20,000 nt of DNA from Reclinomonas americana ATCC 50394 (Eukaryota). The stretch is from the NCBI GenBank assembly GCA_048213135.1, contig PS015297.1, positions 69,116 to 89,115 of the forward strand. Direction: 5' to 3'. Numbering within the stretch: the stretch's first letter is position 1; the number at the start of each line of letters is the position of its first letter. Both the position numbers and the translations under genes were made by a program. Shown in pieces: positions 10,701 to 19,400 of the stretch. A model generated the notes under the pieces. It was not told where the DNA came from and ran no database searches. It saw nothing but the letters and a program-made list of their open reading frames with translations.

Positions 10701-13700
10701 NNNNNNNNNNNNNNNNNNNNNNNNNNNNNNNNNNNNNNNNNNNNNNNNNNNNNNNNNNNNNNNNNNNNNNNNNNNNNNNNNNNNNNNNNNNNNNNNNNNN
10801 NNNNNNNNNNNNNNNNNNNNNNNNNNNNNNNNNNNNNNNNNNNNNNNNNNNNNNNNNNNNNNNNNNNNNNNNNNNNNNNNNNNNNNNNNNNNNNNNNNNN
10901 NNNNNNNNNNNNNNNNNNNNNNNNNNNNNNNNNNNNNNNNNNNNNNNNNNNNNNNNNNNNNNNNNNNNNNNNNNNNNNNNNNNNNNNNNNNNNNNNNNNN
11001 NNNNNNNNNNNNNNNNNNNNNNNNNNNNNNNNNNNNNNNNNNNNNNNNNNNNNNNNNNNNNNNNNNNNNNNNNNNNNNNNNNNNNNNNNNNNNNNGTGCT
11101 GTCGGATTCGACTGCTGTGGCTGGATCGACGCTGTCGTTCACGACGAGTTACTTCGCGGAATGCGTCGTTCTTTATGCGCAGAGTCGCTGGTTTCTTACT
11201 CCGCTCTCCCCGCACCAGATGTTGCACCGGCCGTGACGAGCTTTTCGCCGAGCAGCATCATCGCGGAGACGAGTGGCGTGCAAATTGTGTTGACGGGTAC
11301 GGCGTTGCAGGCAGCAGATGTTGTGCAAGTTGAACTGGGACTGGATTGCACGGGTGGCGGTACATCACTGACGTTTGTGTCGGTGGCGGGGGATGAATCG
11401 ACAGAGACTGTGCAGACGAACAGCCTGTCTCTGGCAGTGGGATCGTATGTTTTGTGGTGCGTTTGCGGTGGCGACAAGAGGGGAGGCATTGAGGGTGGAA
11501 GAGGAAATGTAGGGCGAGATGAGTAGGATTGAGAAGCCAGATCGCATGCGTCATCTTGCGGGGCAGGCAGAGAGAGACAGCAAGGCCGAAGGAAACAGTA
11601 AGTGTGTTCGAAAGTGGTCGTTGTTTGGGGGAACAGTGTTTGTGTCGGCGAGGTAGAGATTTGCGTGAGTGACGGATGACACGTGTGGTTAAAAGAACAA
11701 GTGTGCGTAATGGAGAGACTTGAAAGTGTGGGAGTGAGTGTGAGTATGTGATCAATCGTGTTTGTGGATGGAGTATCTCACCGAGACTTGTTGTTCTGCG
11801 CTGTCCTCAACAGCATCAAGTTTGGCGGAACGGGACTGTACAGTACAGTGCAGGGGACGCTGTCTGTTGGTGAGTGTGTGTTTATATGCGTGTGCACTCG
11901 GTGGTTGGCAAAACGAGAAGAGTTCATACTGACGTTGATGTTCGACGCTTGCAGTGGCATCTTCGGACTCGTATTCACCGTCGTATATCGCACCATTAAC
12001 GACTGGGCAGACGATGACTGTGACTGGACGAGCGTTGGCCGCGAGCGATAAAGTGCGGTTGGTATCTGGTGGCACATGCACGAGTGGCACGACGACGTAC
12101 AACATGACGAGCGGAGCAGTGGGTGGATCGGCGGGAGCGCGCACACTGTCAGCGTCGACTGGTAGCAGTACTCTTGCGGCCGGCTCGTATCTCGTGTGGT
12201 GCGTTTTGTTGCTTGATGTGCCAGTTCTGCAGCTGCTTCTCGTTTCCCGCGCTTGGCTCATGTGTTTGCGTATTTCTCGTCGCAGTTATCAGTACAATGG
12301 GGTGGGTTCGTTTGTGCAAGTCGGCAGTACGTCACTTGTCGTTGCAGCAGGTTTNNNNNNNNNNNNNNNNNNNNNNNNNNNNNNNNNNNNNNNNNNNNNN
12401 NNNNNNNNNNNNNNNNNNNNNNNNNNNNNNNNNNNNNNNNNNNNNNNNNNNNNNNNNNNNNNNNNNNNNNNNNNNNNNNNNNNNNNNNNNNNNNNNNNNN
12501 NNNNNNNNNNNNNNNNNNNNNNNNNNNNNNNNNNNNNNNNNNNNNNNNNNNNNNNNNNNNNNNNNNNNNNNNNNNNNNNNNNNNNNNNNNNNNNNNNNNN
12601 NNNNNNNNNNNNNNNNNNNNNNNNNNNNNNNNNNNNNNNNNNNNNNNNNNNNNNNNNNNNNNNNNNNNNNNNNNNNNNNNNNNNNNNNNNNNNNNNNNNN
12701 NNNNNNNNNNNNNNNNNNNNNNNNNNNNNNNNNNNNNNNNNNNNNNNNNNNNNNNNNNNNNNNNNNNNNNNNNNNNNNNNNNNNNNNNNNNNNNNNNNNN
12801 NNNNNNNNNNNNNNNNNNNNNNNNNNNNNNNNNNNNNNNNNNNNNNNNNNNNNNNNNNNNNNNNNNNNNNNNNNNNNNNNNNNNNNNNNNNNNNNNNNNN
12901 NNNNNNNNNNNNNNNNNNNNNNNNNNNNNNNNNNNNNNNNNNNNNNNNNNNNNNNNNNNNNNNNNNNNNNNNNNNNNNNNNNNNNNNNNNNNGTGTTTTT
13001 GCGGCACTGCATCATGTTGTTCGTTGTACGTGGATTGTTTCATTGTGTGTTTGACATATTCTGTGGGCGTCTCTCCTTGTGTTCCTGTGGTGCAGTGATG
13101 AGCTTCTCGCCGAGCAGCATCATTGCGGAGACGAGTGGCGTGCAAGTGACTGTGAGTGGCAGCGGTCTGTCGGATGCGGATGTTGTGCAAGTCGAGAGTG
13201 CGGGTGCGTGCACGGGTGCTGGCACTGTGCTGGCTCTTGTTTCGACGCCAGTCAATCGGCTTACGACGATTCGACAAACGACGAGCACGTCGCTGGGTGT
13301 TGGATCGTATTGGGTGTGGTGCGTGTCATGTTTTTTGTGAGCACGAGTTGGGGAGGTGATAGCGAGAAGCGCGCTGTCTGTCAAGTGAGAACAGTACATG
13401 TGACAGAGGCGGAGGAAGAGGCAGAGAGAAACGATGAAGAAAGGAAGTCTTTTTAGTGTCGCGCATATGAAAACACACGACGCTTTGGGTTTTTGTCATA
13501 CACTAATTGGTGTGTTTTTGTTGCACAGTATTCATTTTGCGGGTACGGATGCTGGAGTGTGGCTGCAAGTTCCTGGCGTGTTGGATGTTGGTGCGTGTAT
13601 ACGTCATTCGGAAGTGTGTTATGAGGTGCAGGGTTGCGACTCATTTTTTGAGTACTATTGTTGTTGCTTTGGTTTATGTGTATGTGTGTAGTACCGTCTG

Positions 13701-13995
13701 CGGACTCGTACACACCGGCGAGCATCACGATTGAGACGACGGGTCAGAGTGTGACGGTGACTGGCCATGGTCTCACGGCCAGTGACGATGTGAGGCTTGT
13801 GTCTGGATCTGGGTGCTCTGGATCGCCGTCGTACAGCATGACGAGTGGATCGCTGGGCGGGTCAGTGGGTGCATGGACGCTGACGGTGACGACGAGTGAT
13901 GTGAATCTGACGCCGGCGGGACAGTATTCTGTGTGGTTCGTCTTTCGCTATCCGCATTGGTGTTGCTGAGAAGAGAGTCGGCTTGTCACTGACCC

Positions 13996-14036
<41 letters not shown>

Positions 14037-15043
14037 GCGGTGACAACCGTGCAGCTATCGGTTCAACGGCGCGGGGGCATATGTGCAAGTGACATCGACG
14101 CTTTTGAATGTCAGCTGAGTGATTATGTGTAAAAGAATGTGTGTGCGAGAGAGAAAGAATGTGTGTGTTAGAGAGAGAATGTGAGTGCGGGAGAGTTAGT
14201 GTGATTTAAGTTGTACATGTCGAAGGATCTAACATATATGCGCCTCCACTCCTCCCCTCTCCCTTTCGGTTTTCTTCCGTTTTCTCTCCTCCCATTTTTG
14301 CAGACAAATTGGCGGAGTCATTCACGCCGAGTTCGATTGTGGCGGAGACGAGTGGACAGACGATTACGGTGACTGGACGTGGTCTGACGACGGCCGATGC
14401 GATTCGTCTGGTGCTCGGTGCTTCGTGTGGCGGAGCGACGACGTACGATCTGACGGTGGGATCGGCGGGTGGTGTTGCTGGAGCACGGACTGTGGTTGGT
14501 ACAGTGTCGGATGTGAATCTGACGCCGGCCGGATCGTATGTGGTGTGGTGAGTGTGTGTGGAGATGAGATGTGATGAGGTGTAGAGGGATTTATAGTTAT
14601 TGTTGTTGTTTGTTGTCGTTATTTTTAATGTGAGTCTTTGCATTTAATGCGATTTTCTGCTGTTTCGACTGAACGTGTTGTGCATGGAACAGCTACCAGT
14701 ACAACAACACTGGATCGATTGTGGCGCTGTCGGGAGCACTGAGCGTGTGTTGCGTACTGTTTCTTTCATTGTAGTTGTTTTGTGTTGTTGTGATGTTGTT
14801 GGATTGTGTTTCATTGTGAATGGGATTACAGCCAAGCTGGCGGAGTCATTCTCTCCAGCTGCAGTCGGTGCCAGTACAGCCGGAGAGACGGTGACTGTGA
14901 CTGGACGCGCGTTGACAGCAACTGATGTTGTGCGATTGGTGTCTGGCGGCGGTGGCACGTGTACGACTGGCACGACGACGTACGACATGGNNNNNNNNNN
15001 NNNNNNNNNNGTTAGTTGTAGTAGTGTTGTTGTTTGTTTGTTG

Positions 15044-15120
<77 letters not shown>

Positions 15121-16352
15121 ATTGGTTTGTGTTCAGTTACTTGTATGGCGGTGTTGGCACGCCTGTGCAAGTCGGCAGCACTTCGTTGCTTGTTGCTGCA
15201 GGTCTGTGTGTCTTCGCGGTGATAAATATTCGATCGTCTGTGTCTTGTGTTGCTGACATTTGTGTGTGATTGCAGTGACGAGCTTCTCGCCGAGCAGCAT
15301 CGTTGCGGAGACGAGTGGCGTGCAAGTGACTGTGAGTGGCAGTGGTCTGTCGGATGCGGATGTGGTGCAGGTGCAGAGTGCGGGTACGTGCACGGGTGCT
15401 GGCACTGTGCTGGCTCTTGTTTCGACGGCAGTCGATGGTCTGACGACGATTCGACAAACGACGAGCACCTCGCTTGGTGTTGGATCGTATTGGGTGTGGT
15501 GCGTGTCATGGGTTTTTGTGAGCACGAGTTTTTGGAGGCGACAGTAAGAAGCGCGATGTCTGTCAAGTGAGAACATTGCATGTCGTTGAAAGAGAGAGCG
15601 AGAGAGAGAGAGAGGGAGAGAGAGGGGAAGACAATAGGGGAAGAGAGAAAGAGTGTTTCGTGGGATGCTCTTCTTTTTCTCCAGGCACTGATCGTTGCAT
15701 GTTGTTTGCGTTCTCAGCATTCACTTTGGAGGAGCGCAAGCCGGAGTGTGGCTGCAAGTTCCTGGCGTGTTGGCTATCGGTACGTGTGTGCTGTGCGTCC
15801 ATGGATGTATGTTATGAGGCGACTCATTTTTTGAGTACTGTTGTTGTTGCATTGGTTCATGTGTGTGTGTGTGTAGTACCGTCTGCGGACTCGTACACAC
15901 CGGCGAGCATCACGAGTGAGACGACGGGACAGAGTGTGACGGTGACTGGCCGTGGTCTCACGGCCAGTGACGATGTGAGGCTTGTTTCTGGAACTGGGTG
16001 CTCTGGATCGCCGTCGTACAGCATGACGAGTGGATCGCTGGGCGGGTCAGCGGGTGCATGGACATTGACGGTGACGACAAGTGATGTGAATCTGACGCCG
16101 GCGGGACAGTATTCTGTGTGGTATGTTTGCACCATGGGTGGTGGTTGTGGGTTGTTCTTGTCTCTTTGCACATACTGCTCTTGCTTGGAAAGGAAAAGTC
16201 GCATTGCCACTAACTTGATGTGGTTGTGTGTGTTTGTTTTTTCTTCGTGTTTTGCGTCTGACACCAATGCAGCTATCGATTCAACGGCACGGGGGCATAT
16301 GTGCAAGTGACATCGACGCTGGTGACAGTCAGTTTCGTCATTGTATGGAAGC

Positions 16353-16412
<60 letters not shown>

Positions 16413-19400
16413 AATGGGGAGCATGTGTCGTTGCATGCTGTTTGCTACTCCTCTCTTCCTGTCTAGTCCCTTTCTCTTTTCTTTATTTCTTCTTTTTCTT
16501 CTTATTGTTGATTGTTCTGCAGACAAACTGGCGGAGTCATTCACGCCGAGTTCGATTGTTGCGGAGACGAGTGGACAGACGATCACGGTGACTGGACGTG
16601 GTCTGACGACGGCCGATGCGATTCGTCTGGTGCTCGGTGCTTCGTGTGGCGGAGCGACGACGTACGATCTGGCTGTGGGATCGGCGGGTGGTGTTGCGGG
16701 AGCACGGGCTGTTGTTGGCACAGTGTCGGATGTGAATCTGACGCCGGCCGGATCGTATGTGGTGTGGTGAGTGTGTGTGTGTTGAGATGAATGGGGTGAG
16801 ATGGAGGGATTTTGATGGTCGTGCTTGTTGTTGCTCTGTTGTGTTTGCAAATATTGTCTTTTTTATGCAATTTTCTGCTGGTCCGACTGACGTGTTGTGC
16901 ATGGAACAGCTACCAGTACAACAGCACTGGATCGTTTGTGGCGCTGATGGGAGCACTGACCGTGTGTTGCGTCCTGTATATTTTGTTTCATCGTGTAGTG
17001 TCGTTCGTTTCTGTCTCTTTGTCTCTCTCTCTGTCTCTCTGTCTCTCTCTCTCTGTCTCTCTCTCTGTCTCTCTCTCTCTCCCCACGATTGCTCATTTCG
17101 TCTTGTCGGTTTGTAACTCGCATCGTAGCCAAGCTGGCGGCGTCTTACACCCCGGCTACGATTCTGCCGAATAGCACTGGAAGGACAGTGACTGTGACTG
17201 GACGCGCGTTGACAGCAATTGATGTTGTGCGATTGGTCTCCGGTGGCGGCGGTACGTGCACAAGTGGCACGACGACGTACGACATGACGAGCGGAGCAGT
17301 GGGTGGATCGGCGGGAGCGCGCACACTGGCGACGTCGACTAGTAACAGCAGTCTCGCGGCTGGATCGTATCTCGTGTGGTACGCTCATGGCGCCTGCATT
17401 TTGTGTCTCTCCTCTGCTCGGTTTGTTTGACATCCTCGTGATTTTGTGCAGTTACTTGTACGATGGAGTGGGCACGCCTGTGCAAGTCGGCAGCGCATTG
17501 TTGCTTGTGGCCGCAGGTCTATTTTCTTCGCTTTTGTTGTTTTGCCTGGCCCGTGGCACTCACGTCTGTGTTCTGTTCGCACTAGCGTCATCGGCGACTA
17601 CCAGCGCTGTCTCTTCTGTTTCGACACAGACTGCGACACTGAACGGCCTTGTTACCAATATTTCTGCGTCGGCGAGCAGCAACTACTTTGAGCTGGCCGT
17701 CGACAGCGCAGATTTCTCGGTAGCGTCGGNNNNNNNNNNNNNNNNNNNNATGCCCTCAATGCTTGTCATCGCCCACCGTACAGAACAACAACAACGCGGT
17801 GCGCAAAGTGACCGCTAATCGGATGACGTCAACTTTGGTGGACAACAGCACCAATTTGAATGGCTCGCCGGCGATGTCACGTGTGTTCGATGTCGCGTAC
17901 GATTCGTCGACGCAGTACGTTTATATCGTTGTGAACAACTCGAGTAATATTCGGTACGCGCGCCACTAGTGCACTGACTAAGTTTTCGTTGTTGTGTCAA
18001 CTCTGACTTGTTTGCCGATGCATTAGACGAATCAAGAGTGACGGGACTGGCATGACGTTGTTTTGTGGCCAACAGAGTTCTACTGGAACTGTCAATGGCG
18101 ATTGTGTGACGCAAGCCAAGTTCAACCTCCCGACATCGCTTGCATTGGATCAAACACGCAATGTGCTGTATGTGGGCTCTTCTGGACTATCTCCGGTAAT
18201 TCGACAAATTGACCTTGCCACGAATCAAGTGACGACGATTGCGGGCACTGGCAGCACTGGATCGACAGACGGACCTGCACTCAGCGCAAGATTCTTCCAG
18301 ACAACATATATTGGCTTCGACGCCAACCGCGATGTGTTGTACATTGGCGAAATCTCGCAAAACAGAATTCGTCAGCTCAATCTATCTACTATGACTGTGT
18401 CGACTCCCCTCTCGGGCGTCGGTATTCAGTACGGTTCACTGACAAGTGCGCGGATACAGAATGCGGTAAGCACTGTTTTATTTCGGTTGATATGTCTCAA
18501 GTGCGGGTGACCACCGTATCTCTCATCGTTGTTTTGTGTTCAGTATGGCTTCCTTGTCAACGGCAATCGATTGTACTTTNNNNNNNNNNNNNNNNNNNNN
18601 NNNNNNNNNNNNNNNNNNNNNNNNNNNNNNNNNNNNNNNNNNNNNNNNNNNNNNNNNNNNNNNNNNNNNNNNNNNNNNNNNNNNNNNNNNNNNNNNNNNN
18701 NNNNNNNNNNNNNNNNNNNNNNNNNNNNNNNNNNNNNNNNNNNNNNNNNNNNNNNNNNNNNNNNNGCTCGATATGATTCGCTGTTTGCTCACTATCATCT
18801 CCCGCCCTTCCCCGCCCTTCCCTCAACATTTATTCACAGACCGCAAACAACGCCCTTCGGCGAGTGTCTTCAACTGGATACACAAGGACGTTGGTCAGGA
18901 GCACCAGCGCAACGCCGGCTCCGGACTTCATCTACAGTGTGGCATACGACGCGGGGAATCAGGTGGTGTATTTCTCCGAGTTTGACATGCACACTGTGCG
19001 GTGAGTGACACACAGCAAACGAGCGTGGTGAAATAGAGCAAGTGAGAGTGGAGTCAGTGGAACAAAACATTCTGATTGTGTCACAGACGTGTGAATGCCG
19101 ATGGCTCGTCCATCACACTGCTGTGTGGTCTATACGGAAGTTCTGGTTCTACCGATGGCTCCTGCTCGTCCACTACGACGAGGTTTAACGAACCCGCGGG
19201 GTTGGCGTTGGATTTGACAGCCAACAAGCTGTATGTGGGATCGAGGCAAGGCTACAAAATTCGGCAGCTGGACTTGGCATCTTCTCCGATGCAGCTTGGC
19301 ACTCTTGCGGGCACGAATACACAGGGGTACGCTGTGGGTCCAGCTGCAACTGCCGAGTTCCAGACTCCACTCGCACTATATTTGGACGACGTGCGACGGA

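Larger units (their letters stand above)
13096..17516 (+). repeat. Intragenic tandem duplication, ~2.2 kb unit, 2 copies
   Basis: Exons and parts of introns are duplicated (e.g. 13096-13390 vs 15276-15570; 14304-14560 vs 16523-16780). Confidence 0.9.
3066..18765. other. Assembly gaps (N-runs)
   Basis: 3066-3892, 5266-5618, 7570-7589, 9575-9816, 10631-11095, 12355-12991, 14991-15010, 17730-17749, 18580-18765. Confidence 1.

Noticed and set aside
14131-14195. Three degenerate ~20-nt AGAATGTGTGTG..GAGAG repeats
   Set aside because: Low-complexity intronic slippage product with no further support.
8142-17433. Many minus-strand ORFs overlapping Ig exons
   Set aside because: Antisense shadows of GC-rich Ser/Thr/Val/Gly-coding exons and microsatellites.
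13096-17516. CRISPR array or transposon-derived repeats
   Set aside because: The repeats are protein-coding exon duplications. There is no short repeat-spacer periodicity, terminal inverted repeats or transposase.
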